Below, piece by piece: positions 18,882 through 29,100 of a stretch of DNA of 64,000 nt (position 1 is the first letter of the stretch; the number at the start of each line of letters is the position of its first letter). The stretch spans positions 3,808,001-3,872,000 of the forward strand of contig CAWAIF010000003.1 in assembly GCA_963782055.1 (NCBI GenBank), written 5' to 3'. The notes under the pieces were generated by a model, which had not been told where the DNA came from, did not search any database, and saw only the letters and a list, made by a program, of their open reading frames with translations. The position numbers and the translations under genes are program-made. The stretch is from an uncultured delta proteobacterium (GTDB lineage Bacteria > Myxococcota_A > Polyangia > Polyangiales > Polyangiaceae).

Positions 18882-19304
18882 ATGGCGAAAGCACTCAACG
18901 GAACCAAGACCCACCAGAACCTGAAGGACGCCTTCGCGGGCGAGTCGCAGGCCAACCGCCGCTACCTGTACTTCGCGAAGGTGGCCGACGTGGAGGGGCT
19001 GCCGGAGATCGCCGGCAACTTCAAGGAGACGGCGGACGGCGAGACCGGGCACGCGCACGGGCACCTCGACTACCTCAAGCAGGTGGGCGACCCGGCGACC
19101 AACCTGCCCATCGGCTCGACCGAGAAGAACCTCAAGTCGGCCATCGCCGGCGAGACGCACGAGTACGAGACGATGTACCCGGGCATGGCGAAGACCGCCC
19201 GCGACGAGGGCTTCGACGACGTCGCCGAGTGGTTCGAGACGCTGGCCAAGGCCGAGAAGAGCCACGCCGGCCGCTTCCAGAAGATGCTCGACACCCTGAA
19301 GTGA
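18882..19304 (+). CDS. Rubrerythrin (short form, no rubredoxin domain)
   Basis: [36 protein letters not shown] and AEKSHA diiron motifs; AAGGAG RBS. Confidence 0.93.
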   Translation: MAKALNGTKTHQNLKDAFAGESQANRRYLYFAKVADVEGLPEIAGNFKETADGETGHAHGHLDYLKQVGDPATNLPIGSTEKNLKSAIAGETHEYETMYPGMAKTARDEGFDDVAEWFETLAKAEKSHAGRFQKMLDTLK

Positions 19305-19317
19305 GCCCGCGCCCCGG

Positions 19318-19343
19318 CGCGCCCCGTTTCACCGCGGGGCGCG
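19318..19343 (+). other. GC-rich stem-loop downstream of the rubrerythrin gene
   Basis: cgcgccccg...cggggcgcg inverted repeat with no U-tract; possible mRNA stabiliser or attenuator. Confidence 0.45.
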
Positions 19344-19374
19344 TCCGGCGGCCGTGCTGCTCGGGAGACACCCC

Positions 19375-20700
19375 GTGAGCAAGATCGAGCCGACACCCCC
19401 GAAGCCGCCCGCGCGCGACCCGCACGACCCCCGCTACTGGGACGCGCGGGATCTGGAGCACGAGCTGCGCCGCGTGTTCGAGATCTGCCACGGCTGCCGC
19501 ATGTGCGTGAACTACTGCGGCTCCTTCCCCGAAATGTTCGCCCGGGTGGACCGCGACATCGACGCGGGGCGTGCCGTGGGCGCCGAGGTGCTGCTCGCCG
19601 ACGACTTCAAGGCGGTGAGCGACCTCTGCTGGCAGTGCAAGCTCTGTTACATCAAGTGCCCCTACACGCCGGACGAGGGGCACGCCTGGCAGGTGGACCT
19701 GCCCAGGCTGCTGACGCGAGAGAAGGCCCAGCGCGCCCGGCGCGAGGGCATCCCCATCGAGGACCGCGCCCTGGGCGAGCCGGGCGTGATGGGCAAGCTC
19801 ACCGCGGGGCCGATGGCGCGCGTCGCCAACCTGGTGAACGCGAACCGCCTCGTCCGCAAGACGATGAAGGTGGCCGCCGGCATCTCCGACGAGTTCCCCC
19901 TGCCCCCCTTCGCCACGACGACGTTCGGGAGGTGGCTGGAGCACCACGAACCGATGCCGGAGGCGGGTGACGCCGGCGAGATCTCCGTCTTCGCCACGTG
20001 CTTCGGCGACTACAACATGCCCGCCGCCAACGCCAACGCGGTGCTGGTGCTGGAGAAGAACGGCTACCGCGTGCGGCGGCCGGAGCAGGTCTGCTGCGGC
20101 CTGCCCAACCTGGACGGCGGCGACATCGACGCCGCGCAGGCGAAGGCCAAGATCAACGTGGCGTCGCTGCTGGCGGAGATCGAGGCGGGCCGCACGGTCG
20201 TCGTCACCGGCCCCTCGTGCGCGTACACCATCCGCAAGGAGTACCCCGAGCTGCTCGGCACCCCGGAGGCGGCGAAGGTCGCCGCGAGCGTGCTGGACGT
20301 GATGGAGTTCCTGGAGAAGCTGCGGCGGGAGAAGAAGCTCAACCGCGACTTCGAGCACCCGCTCGGCAAGATCGCCTACCACGCGCCCTGCCACCTGCGC
20401 GCGCAGAAGATCGGCTTCCCCGGCGCGCGCGTGCTCGGCGCGGTGCCCGAGACGGAGGTGGAGGTGATCCAGGAGTGCTCGGCGGTGGACGGCACCTGGG
20501 GAATGAAGGCGCGCCACTACGCGATGGGCCGCAGGTACGCCCAGAAGCTGGCGCGCGGCATCGAGGCCGTGGAGGCGCGGGTGGTCGTGACCGACTGCCC
20601 GCTCTCCGGCCTGCGCATCGCCAAGGAGAACGACGTCGTCGTGCGCCACCCCGTCGAGGCGCTCGCCGAAGCGTACGGAATCGCCATCGCCCTCTCCTGA
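19375..20700 (+). CDS. Fe-S oxidoreductase (GlpC/HdrD-like, CCG domains), rubrerythrin-associated
   Basis: [11 protein letters not shown] and [12 protein letters not shown] 4Fe-4S motifs; QVCCG and YHAPCH. Confidence 0.9.
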   Translation: MSKIEPTPPKPPARDPHDPRYWDARDLEHELRRVFEICHGCRMCVNYCGSFPEMFARVDRDIDAGRAVGAEVLLADDFKAVSDLCWQCKLCYIKCPYTPDEGHAWQVDLPRLLTREKAQRARREGIPIEDRALGEPGVMGKLTAGPMARVANLVNANRLVRKTMKVAAGISDEFPLPPFATTTFGRWLEHHEPMPEAGDAGEISVFATCFGDYNMPAANANAVLVLEKNGYRVRRPEQVCCGLPNLDGGDIDAAQAKAKINVASLLAEIEAGRTVVVTGPSCAYTIRKEYPELLGTPEAAKVAASVLDVMEFLEKLRREKKLNRDFEHPLGKIAYHAPCHLRAQKIGFPGARVLGAVPETEVEVIQECSAVDGTWGMKARHYAMGRRYAQKLARGIEAVEARVVVTDCPLSGLRIAKENDVVVRHPVEALAEAYGIAIALS

Positions 20701-20721
20701 GGACCGTGGCCGGAGGCAGTC

Positions 20722-21312
20722 ATGCGACCCATCCAGCGAAACGAGATCCTCGGGCTCGGGGAGTACGAGGCCATCCGCCCGCAGTTCCGGGCGCGCGTCA
20801 TCGCGGAGAAGAAGCTCCGGCGCACCGCCCTGGGCGACCGGGCGAGCGCGCTCTTCGAGAACCGCGACACCGTGCTGATGCAGATCCAGGAGATGCTCCG
20901 CACCGAGCGCATCACCGGCGAGGCGGCGATCGCCCACGAGATCGAGACCTACAACGAGCTGATGCCCGGCGACGCCGAGCTCTCCTGCACGGTGATGCTG
21001 GAGATCGACGACAAGCCGGAGCGCGACACCTTCCTGGTCGCGGCGCGCGGCATCGAGGATCGGTTCACCGTCGTGGTGGACGGCGAGCGCTTCGCCGGCA
21101 AGACGACGCCGGAGCGGGTGCTGCCGGACCAGGCCTCCGCCATCCTCTACCTGAAGTTTCCGCTGAGCGAGGCGGCGGTGCGCGCCATCCAGGACGCGGC
21201 GAAGGGCGGGGAGCACGCGGTGGAGCTGCGCGTGGACCATCCCGTGTATTCCGCAAGCGTTGCCCTGCCCCCCCCGCTCCTCGCGAGCGTGGCCCGGGAC
21301 TTCGCCGGCTGA
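20722..21312 (+). CDS. DUF3501 family protein
   Basis: LFENRDTVLMQIQEMLRTE, HEIETYNELMP and SAILYLKF; typical third gene of this cluster. Confidence 0.88.
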   Translation: MRPIQRNEILGLGEYEAIRPQFRARVIAEKKLRRTALGDRASALFENRDTVLMQIQEMLRTERITGEAAIAHEIETYNELMPGDAELSCTVMLEIDDKPERDTFLVAARGIEDRFTVVVDGERFAGKTTPERVLPDQASAILYLKFPLSEAAVRAIQDAAKGGEHAVELRVDHPVYSASVALPPPLLASVARDFAG

Positions 21313-21719
21313 TGCACACCTACCTGCGGCCCATCCGCTTCGAGGAGGTCGACGCCGCGGGCATCGTGTTCTTCGCGCGGTTCCTCGGCTACGGCCACGA
21401 GGCGATGGAGTCCCTGCTGGGCGGGCTGGAGGGCGGCTACACCCACCTGGTGAACGTCCGGAAGATCGGCATGCCGGCGGTGCACGTGGAGTGCGACTTC
21501 CGCGCGCCGCTGCGCTTCGGCGACGTGGCGCGCGTGGAGGTGACGGTGCCGCGCGTCGGGACGAAGTCGTGCACCTACGAGTACCGCTTCGTCCGCGAGC
21601 GGGACGGCGCCGACGCGGCGAGGGTGGTCCACGTGTGCGCGGTGACGGATCTCGTCGCCTTCAAGGCGATCCCCATCCCCGAGGACGTACGGACGCTGCT
21701 CGAGCGTCACCGGGAGTGA
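21312..21719 (+). CDS. Acyl-CoA thioesterase (4HBT hotdog fold)
   Basis: IRFEEVDAAGIVFFARFL and ECDFRAPLRFGD; TGATG coupling to DUF3501. Confidence 0.9.
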   Translation: MHTYLRPIRFEEVDAAGIVFFARFLGYGHEAMESLLGGLEGGYTHLVNVRKIGMPAVHVECDFRAPLRFGDVARVEVTVPRVGTKSCTYEYRFVRERDGADAARVVHVCAVTDLVAFKAIPIPEDVRTLLERHRE

Positions 21720-21728
21720 CGGCGAAGC

Positions 21729-22937
21729 TCAGGCCTTCTCCGGCTCGGCGCCTTCGTCGTCGTCTTCCTTGCTCTCCGCTTCCTTCTTCTCGTCGGCGGA
21801 CGCCGGCTTCTCGTCCTCCTCGTCGGACGCTTCCTCGTCGGACTCCTCGTCCTCTTCGTCGTCGGACTCCTCGTCCTCTTCCTCGTCAGCACCGGCGGCC
21901 TTGGCGTCCGCCTTCTTCGCTGGCGCCGCCTTCGCCGGCGCCGCGGCCCTCGCCGGCGCCGCGGTCACCAGCCCGCCCTCGGTGACCTCGAGGTGGGGCC
22001 CGAGCACCTTCAGCGCGGGATCGGTCCCCTTCGCCCTGAGGTGCAGCACCAGCCCGAGCATCGCCAGGCCGAAGACGAACAGGGCGATGCACGCCCACTG
22101 CGCGGGTGTCAGGCCGCCGTAGCGCAGGTCGGCGTTGGGGCCCTCGGTGATACGCAGGAAGTCCATCGCGAAGCGCACCGGGGCGTACGCGAGCGAGGTG
22201 ACGACGACGTACGTGCCCGTCGGCACCTTCTTGCGCCAGGTCAGGGCGATGAGCGTCGCCAGCACGATGGTGAACATCAGCTCGAGCAGGCCGAGGTCGT
22301 AGCGCGGCACCTGCCCGTGCAGGAACTCGATGGGCCCGAGGTGCGTGCGCAGCCCGGTGAAGTGCTTGGCGACGTACTCCGGGCTCGCGTCGGGCGGGAA
22401 GCCGCGCGCGAAGCCCACCGCGAAGGGCGAGTCCTTGGTGGCGAGGGCGCCGGGGTGATCGTGGACCGAGGAGCACCCGGAGCGGCCGAAGGCCCACGCC
22501 ACCGGGAAGACGGAGAGGATCAGGTCGGCGAAGGGCAGGATGGGCGCCGCCTCCTTGCGCCGGTGGAAGCTGCCGATCCACCCCATCCATTGGCTGTCGG
22601 GGTACTTCGACTCGAAGTAGAAGTACTTCCACAGGACGATGCCGAGCAGCGCGCCGGTGAACCCGCCGAAGGAGCTCAACCCGCGCCAGAGCATGAGCAG
22701 CGACCACGGCTCGGCGGCGATCTCCTTCGGGTGGTAGAAGATCTCGTCGAGCATGTGGCCGCCGATGAAGCCGACCACCAGCATCCACGTGATGAAGGAG
22801 TTGAGCTGATCGAGATCGAAGCCCAGCTTGCGCGCGCGCCGCGTGGCGAGCGCGGTGCCGATGAGCACGCCGGTGGCAACGAGCAGCCCGAAGGGGTGAA
22901 CGACGCCGAGGTCCGGAACGTGGATGTAGGGGATCAT
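21729..22937 (-). CDS. lgt: Prolipoprotein diacylglyceryl transferase with a long acidic C-terminal tail
   Basis: GLSSFGGFTG, AFGRSGC..VHDHPG, Y...RFAMDFLR and GLTPAQW; D/E-rich tail. Confidence 0.88.
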   Translation of the reverse strand: MIPYIHVPDLGVVHPFGLLVATGVLIGTALATRRARKLGFDLDQLNSFITWMLVVGFIGGHMLDEIFYHPKEIAAEPWSLLMLWRGLSSFGGFTGALLGIVLWKYFYFESKYPDSQWMGWIGSFHRRKEAAPILPFADLILSVFPVAWAFGRSGCSSVHDHPGALATKDSPFAVGFARGFPPDASPEYVAKHFTGLRTHLGPIEFLHGQVPRYDLGLLELMFTIVLATLIALTWRKKVPTGTYVVVTSLAYAPVRFAMDFLRITEGPNADLRYGGLTPAQWACIALFVFGLAMLGLVLHLRAKGTDPALKVLGPHLEVTEGGLVTAAPARAAAPAKAAPAKKADAKAAGADEEEDEESDDEEDEESDEEASDEEDEKPASADEKKEAESKEDDDEGAEPEKA

Positions 22938-22957
22938 GCGCGTGGCCGCGTTGTAGC

Positions 22958-23959
22958 TCAATTCACGTGGCGCAGTCCACGTGCCGTTCGGGCCGTTGGA
23001 TCGGCCGGAGCGACCGACGGCGTCTTTGCGATCGTCAGCGTGTCGGCGTCGCCGGGCGCGTCGCCCTGGACGACCCGCACCTCCACGCCGTCGCAACGCC
23101 GGAGGAGCAGCGCGCGGGCGTCGTCCGCCGCGCAGCGCCCGGCGGGGAAGCGCGCCTCCAGCATGCCGGAGAAGAGCTCGCGCACGTGCGCCGCGGCGCG
23201 GGCGCGGTCCGGGGGATTGTCGTCGTGGATCGGTTGCAGGGTCTCGATCTCCGTCCAGCGCTCGAACAATCCAGGACCCCGAAGGCTTCCCCGAACGACG
23301 ACGCCGTCCTGCTCGCGAACCTGAAGTGTCCAGGCGACGCTGCGCGAGACCGGGCCCGTCGTGGCCCGCACGACGAAGGCGCGACGCTCGTCCACCCGCG
23401 GGGGCACGGCGCCCCAGGTGGAGGCGACCGGACCCACGAGGAGACGCAGCAGGTCCGGCGACGCGGCGACGGGGCGGCCGAGCGTGCCCGGCTCGAGGAG
23501 CACCGCGGCCGCCTCGCGGAGCGCCTCTCCCGCGCGCCGCCGCCCTTCCTGCTCGCGGTCGAGCCGCTCGCCCGTCTGCTTCGCCGCCTCGAGCATCCGC
23601 CGCGTCTCCTCGTCGCCCTTGCAATCGTCGAAGGTGCGCACCAGCACCAGCGCCTGAGGGACGTGCGGCCCGCGCGGCAGCGTCGCCAGGTACTCGATCG
23701 CCTGCGCGCGCGTCGCGGTGCACGCCTGGTAGTACGCGGGCTCCTCCGCGGCGAAGGCGGCGCGAACCTCGCCGGCGAAGGCGCCGCGCGGGTGGCGCTG
23801 CAGGTACGCCGTCGCGGCCGCCAGCCTGGGCCCCTCCCCCGCCGCCAGGCGGAAGGCGCGGTAATCGGTGTAGTCACCATCTTCTGCAAGCAGGGGCCGG
23901 AAGGTGGCGCACGCAGACACCCCGAGCGCGAGGACCAGGAGCACTCCCCGCGCCCTCAT
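22958..23959 (-). CDS. Lipoprotein, hypothetical, with YLxxxPxG helical repeats
   Basis: Lipobox VSAC; YLQRHPRGAF and YLATLPRGPH repeats. Confidence 0.7.
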   Translation of the reverse strand: MRARGVLLVLALGVSACATFRPLLAEDGDYTDYRAFRLAAGEGPRLAAATAYLQRHPRGAFAGEVRAAFAAEEPAYYQACTATRAQAIEYLATLPRGPHVPQALVLVRTFDDCKGDEETRRMLEAAKQTGERLDREQEGRRRAGEALREAAAVLLEPGTLGRPVAASPDLLRLLVGPVASTWGAVPPRVDERRAFVVRATTGPVSRSVAWTLQVREQDGVVVRGSLRGPGLFERWTEIETLQPIHDDNPPDRARAAAHVRELFSGMLEARFPAGRCAADDARALLLRRCDGVEVRVVQGDAPGDADTLTIAKTPSVAPADPTARTARGLRHVN

Positions 23960-24354
23960 TCGGTGCCCCCGTCGGGGCCGAGACAGAACTGGCACTCGGT
24001 GGGGACCAGGCGCGTCTGGTCGTCGACGTAGCGCGCGTAGTCGCCGCACGAGGCGGCCAGGAGCGCGTCCAGACAGACGACGCCATCGTGGTAGAGCGGC
24101 GCGCAGCCCGGCGGGTAGCCCACGTCGCTGGGCGCGCTGGGATCGCACGCGGCCTGGCAGCGCGCGGTGCCGAGGCCGCACTCGTCGCAGCGCTGGCAGT
24201 CCACCGTCTTGCGCGCGCGAGCGAAGCGCGCCTCGTCCAGCGGCTGCGCGTCGGCGCCGCAGCCGCCCACGTCGCCCACCGTCGGACCGGCGCCGAAGAA
24301 GAGGGCCAGCGCAGCCGCCAGCACCAGCTCCCGCCTGCGGTTTCGGCGCGTCAC
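23956..24354 (-). CDS. Cys-rich secreted protein, hypothetical
   Basis: Signal-like N-terminus, 11 Cys; coupled by overlaps to both neighbours. Confidence 0.7.
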   Translation of the reverse strand: MTRRNRRRELVLAAALALFFGAGPTVGDVGGCGADAQPLDEARFARARKTVDCQRCDECGLGTARCQAACDPSAPSDVGYPPGCAPLYHDGVVCLDALLAASCGDYARYVDDQTRLVPTECQFCLGPDGGTE

Positions 24355-24959
24355 GGGAGCACCTCGTAGGCGAGCACGATCCCGAGCTGAGCGCCCAGCA
24401 CCGGGTACGCCGCGGCGGACACCTCGCGGGTGCCGGCGCCGTAGAAGAGATCGCCCACCAGCTCCGCCGCCAGCCCCAGCCCGGCGCGCACGAACCACAC
24501 GCCGCCCACCGCGCCCTCCAGGCCCCAGGTGACGTCGGGCGTCAGCACGATGGGCGTGCCGGCGCGCCCGTACACCGCGAGGTGCACGAAGCGCTTCTCC
24601 AGCACGTAGGACGGCGTGAGCACCGCCTGCGGCACGCCCTCCATCGCGAAGCTGACGCGCAGGGCGAAGCCGTGCAACAGCTTGCGCGGATCGCCCAGCA
24701 TGGCCTGCGCGCCCACGTCCAGGTAGGCCGCGGTGCGCGACACCGACTCGGCGTCGGGCCCCAGCACCGTGGCGAGGCGGTACGGATCGTTGAAGCGCAG
24801 GCCATCGCCCACGAAGGCGGTCGCGTGCAGGGTGAGCGGCGGGAAGGGATGCGGGGCGGCAGAGGGCTCGGCCGCGGTGGACGGTGGCTCCTCGGCGCGC
24901 GCGGCGCCGGACGCGGCGAGCAGGGACAGCGTCAGCGCGGCGCCGGCGACGCGCGTCAC
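24351..24959 (-). CDS. Small outer-membrane beta-barrel-like protein
   Basis: Sec signal (ARA-EE), alternating amphipathic strands, C-terminal QLGIVLAYEVLP. Confidence 0.6.
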   Translation of the reverse strand: MTRVAGAALTLSLLAASGAARAEEPPSTAAEPSAAPHPFPPLTLHATAFVGDGLRFNDPYRLATVLGPDAESVSRTAAYLDVGAQAMLGDPRKLLHGFALRVSFAMEGVPQAVLTPSYVLEKRFVHLAVYGRAGTPIVLTPDVTWGLEGAVGGVWFVRAGLGLAAELVGDLFYGAGTREVSAAAYPVLGAQLGIVLAYEVLP

Positions 24960-26131
24960 CCGCGGTGCGTCCGGACTTTGGGTTTGGCCCCGAGCAGGGC
25001 GAGCTGCCCGCAGGCGGCGCTCACGTCGTCGCCGCGGCGACGCCGGATGAAGCAGGAGTAGCCGGCGTCGCAGAGCACCTTCTGGAAGTCGAGCACACCG
25101 GAGAGATCCGGCGGGCCCAGGGCGCTGGTGGCGATGGGGTTCATGGGGATCAGGTTGATCTTCACCGGGATGCCGCGCAGCAGGCGCGCGAGCTTCTTCG
25201 CCTCGCGGGCGTCGTCGTTCTTGCCGGCGACGAGGGTGTACTCGATGGTGATGCGGCGGCGGCGCGGGAGCGGATACGCCCGCAGCGCGTCCATCAGCCG
25301 CGCGAGGGGGTACTTGCGGTTGATGGGCATCAGCCGCGAGCGCGTCTCGTCATCGGCGGCGTGGAGCGAGATGGCCAGCCCCACGTTGCCGCCGAAGTCC
25401 TCCCCGAGGCGGGCGATCTCCGGCACCAGGCCGCTCGTCGAGACCGTCACGCGGCGGCTGGAGAGGCCGATGCCCTCGGCGTGGGTGAGCAGTCGCAGCG
25501 AGCGGGCGGTGGCCTCGTAGTTGTGCAGCGGCTCTCCCATGCCCATGTACACGACGTTGCGGAGCTGCTCGCCCTCGTCCAGGCGGGCGCGGCCGACGAG
25601 CACCTGCGCGACAATCTCGTCCGGGCCGAGGTGGCGCTTGAAGCCGGCGACGCCGCTGGCGCAGAAGACGCAGCCCTGGGCGCAGCCGACCTGCGTGGAG
25701 ATGCACTGGGTGACGCGGACCGGGCCCTCCGGGCGCGCCTCGTCCTCCTCTTCGTCCGGCGCCGCCGCGGCGTCGGCGTCCTCGAAGGCGCCCTCCTCCC
25801 CGGGCACCGGGCTCGGCAGCTCACCCTTGCGCCCGCTCACGCCGGGGATGAGCACGGTCTCCACGGTCGCGCCGTCGTGGAGGGTCACCAGCAGCTTGCG
25901 CGTGTTGTCTGTCGACCGCCGCTCGGCCGACACCGACGCGCGCGGCGCGAGCCCCTCCTCCACCAGCGCGGCACGCAGCGGCGCCGGCAGATCGCTCATG
26001 TGCTGCGGCTCGGTCACGCCGCGCGCCTGGATCCAGCGGAAGACCTGCTTGCCGTGGAACGCCCGCCCGCCGAGGCCGACGACGGCGCGCGACCACTCCT
26101 CGGGCGTGCGCGCGAGCGGAGGCGGAAGCAT
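24956..26131 (-). CDS. rlmN: 23S rRNA m2A2503 methyltransferase (radical SAM)
   Basis: CISTQVGCAQGCVFC, YMGMGEP, RRVTVSTSG, ISLHA and AACGQL. Confidence 0.95.
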   Translation of the reverse strand: MLPPPLARTPEEWSRAVVGLGGRAFHGKQVFRWIQARGVTEPQHMSDLPAPLRAALVEEGLAPRASVSAERRSTDNTRKLLVTLHDGATVETVLIPGVSGRKGELPSPVPGEEGAFEDADAAAAPDEEEDEARPEGPVRVTQCISTQVGCAQGCVFCASGVAGFKRHLGPDEIVAQVLVGRARLDEGEQLRNVVYMGMGEPLHNYEATARSLRLLTHAEGIGLSSRRVTVSTSGLVPEIARLGEDFGGNVGLAISLHAADDETRSRLMPINRKYPLARLMDALRAYPLPRRRRITIEYTLVAGKNDDAREAKKLARLLRGIPVKINLIPMNPIATSALGPPDLSGVLDFQKVLCDAGYSCFIRRRRGDDVSAACGQLALLGAKPKVRTHRG

Positions 26132-26185
26132 GAGAGCAGATGTAATCCAAGGCGCCCCGCACCGCCACGCCGGAAGAGGCGGCGC

Positions 26186-29100
26186 TCACGGCACGCGGGT
26201 GATGCGGCCGGTGGCCTCCCGGAGGCGGCGGACGAGCACGCGCAGCACCCGCTCCTGGATCTGCGGGCGCCGCGCCATCAGCTCGCGGAAATCGGCGCCG
26301 TGCAGGCGGAGCAGCGAACAGTCCTCTGCCGCCACCGCGTCCGCGCTGCGGGGCTCGTCGTCGAGCAGGGCGAGCTCGCCGAAGAAGTCGCCGGCGTCGG
26401 CGGCGGACACCTCGACCGCGCCGTCGCGGATGGAGACGACGCCGCGCCGCACGATGTACAGGTCGGCCCCCGGATCGCCCTTGTGAAAGACGACGTCGCC
26501 GGAGAGGACCTCCACGCCGGAGAGCATCTCCGCCACACGCCTGAGCTCCGGGCCGGGCATCTCCTCGAAGAGCGGGACGGTGCGCAGGAAGGCCATGCGC
26601 TCGAAGAGGGGGATCAGGCGGGCATGCTCCTCGTACGCCCTCGGGAACCGCTCCCGGAAGCGATCTCCGTATACCAGCATCGCGTGGCCGAGGAGCGCCT
26701 GATCCCCGAGCTCCAGGATGGCGCCGAGCGGATCGCGCTCCACCTGCGAGACGCCATCGGCGAACTGCCGCGCCATCTCCGCGCGCTCGCGAAGGGAGAG
26801 GCGCTCGAAGAGGGGCACCACGCGCCTGGCCAGGTCGCGCCCCAGCGTGGCGTCCACCAGCTCGGCGATGCGGGCATCCACCTCCGCGCTGGAGCGCCGC
26901 AGCCCCACCTCCACCGCCGAGGCGAGGCGATGCCTGCCGGTGAGCGCGAGCAGGTGCAGGACGCGCTCGCGCACCGACTGGATCTCCAGCTCCACCTCGC
27001 GGCCGAGCGCGTCGTAGGGGGCGTCCACCTTCCAGTCGGGGATGCCGTCGTCCTTCGCGAGGCCGGCGAGCACGGCGTACAGCCGGTAGGCCGCCGCCAG
27101 CTCGCGATCGAGGAGCGGGGCGATCTCCTCCTCCGCGGGGCGCGGCACGTCCCCGCGCGCGACGGCGTACGCCAGCGAGCGCACGGCGCGGTCGCGCACC
27201 TCGGCGTCGCGGTGGTCGAGGAGCTGGTGGAGCAGCGGCCCGCCCGCCACGCCGCTCAGCGCGGAGGCGACGTGGCGCATGCTCTCGGGCGGCGCGCTGT
27301 CGACCTGCTCGCGCACGAAGCGCAGCGCCTCGTCCCCCCACTCGACGAAGCGGGACGCCACCTGCGGGCCGAGCGGCGTGCCCAGCAGCGCCGCCGCCTG
27401 GGGAAGGACCTCCACCGCGCCCAGGTGCGCGGCGGCGTCGATGGCGGCCAGACGGCACTCCGCCGAGCGCTGCGGCGCCAGGAGCACCGCGCGCAGGGCG
27501 CGGACGGCCTCGTCCCGCGCCGGCCCTCGCACCTCCCGGCGCGTGAGCCACTCCAGCGCCGCCAGCACCACGTCGTCGTCGGGGTCCAGAAGGAGCGCCG
27601 CGGCGTCGAGCGCCTCGTCGGCCTCCTGCGCGTCCACCGCCGCCAGCGCGACGCGCGCCGCGCCGCGCGGGGCCGGCGCGCCCGCGCGCACGAGCTCCTC
27701 GAGCGCCGCGCGGACGTCGGGCGGCGCCACCCCCACCACCGCCACCGCGTGCGCGGCCAGGACGCGACACGTCTCGTCGGGGTCCGACGCCAGCACCGGC
27801 GCCAGGCGCGGCACCTCCCGCGCCAGCGCGTGACGTCCCATCGCTCGCAGCGCCGACGCGCGCACGGTGGCGACCGGGCTGGCGAGGGCCGCCTCGATCA
27901 CGCCCGCGGCGGGCGGCTCCCCGCTCTCGCAGAGCAGCTCGGCGGCCAGACCGGCGCGCCGCTCGTCGCTGGAGCCCAGCTCGGCGAGGAGCGCCCGGCG
28001 CGTGTCGGCGTCCATCGAGGCAGGGGCCTGCTCGTCGATGTCCAGGGTGCGCTCGTCGATCGCCCGCCGGAGCGCGTCGCGATACGCCCGCCGCACCGAG
28101 CGCCCGCAAAGCGCGCCCATGAGCACGACGCCGCCGAGGGTGGCGGCGGCGAGCACGCGGAAGCTCGGCGCCGGCAAGAACGCGATGACCGCCGCGCTGA
28201 CGGCGTACGCCGCCGGCGCGAGGACTCCCCGGACGAGCGCGCGCGACTGGACGCGCTCGATGGGCGGGATGGGCGTCTGCGTCTGCTCGGCGGCGGCGCC
28301 CCAGAGCGACTGCTTGAGGACGCGGTCGACGCCGCGCAGGGCGACGGCCATGCCGAAGCCAGGAAAGATCAGCGCGAGCACCGCCGCGCCGACGGTGAGC
28401 ACCGGGGTCAAGAGCAGCGCGCGCGAGGTCCCCAGCGTGAGCAGGAGCCGCCCGGAGAAGAGCACCAGGAAGACGAGCGTGATGGCGCTGGTCGCGCCGT
28501 AGTAGCGGCCGAAGAAGGCGGCGCAGGAGGACTCGGTGGCGTAGCGCTCGTGCGCCGCGGTCATCAGGAGCAGGTCCATGAACTGCTCGGTGAGCAGGGC
28601 GAGGATGGAGAGCGCGCCCATCACGCGCAGCAGGGGGACCTCGCGCAGGAAGGCGAACGCGCTCCGCCACTCCTGCAGCACCGCCGAGCGGCGCCGCGGC
28701 CCGTGGGAGGACGCCTGCAGATCGCGGGCACCCACCACGCCGACCAGCACGAAGGCGACGCCCAGCGCCCCGGGGGCGATGAGCAGGAGCGCGGGCGTGC
28801 CCAGCCGATGCGCGATCGCCGGGACCAGCAGGCCGAACAGCGTCCACGCGAGCGTCGCCCCCACGCCGGCCATGGGCAGCAAGCGCTTGGCGCTGCGCGG
28901 GGTGGTGGCCTGCGACACCACCGCCCAGGTCTGGATGAGGAGCACGCCGGCGATGGTCTCCACCGCGACGTAGAGGATGAAGGGGGCGCCGGGCATCCCG
29001 GCGGCGAGCATCCCGCGCAGGCCGAGGATCACCGCCGCGCAGACGCCGAGGGAGGCCATCGCCAGGCGCGCGGCCCCGAGCCGCGCCGCCAGGGGCACGG

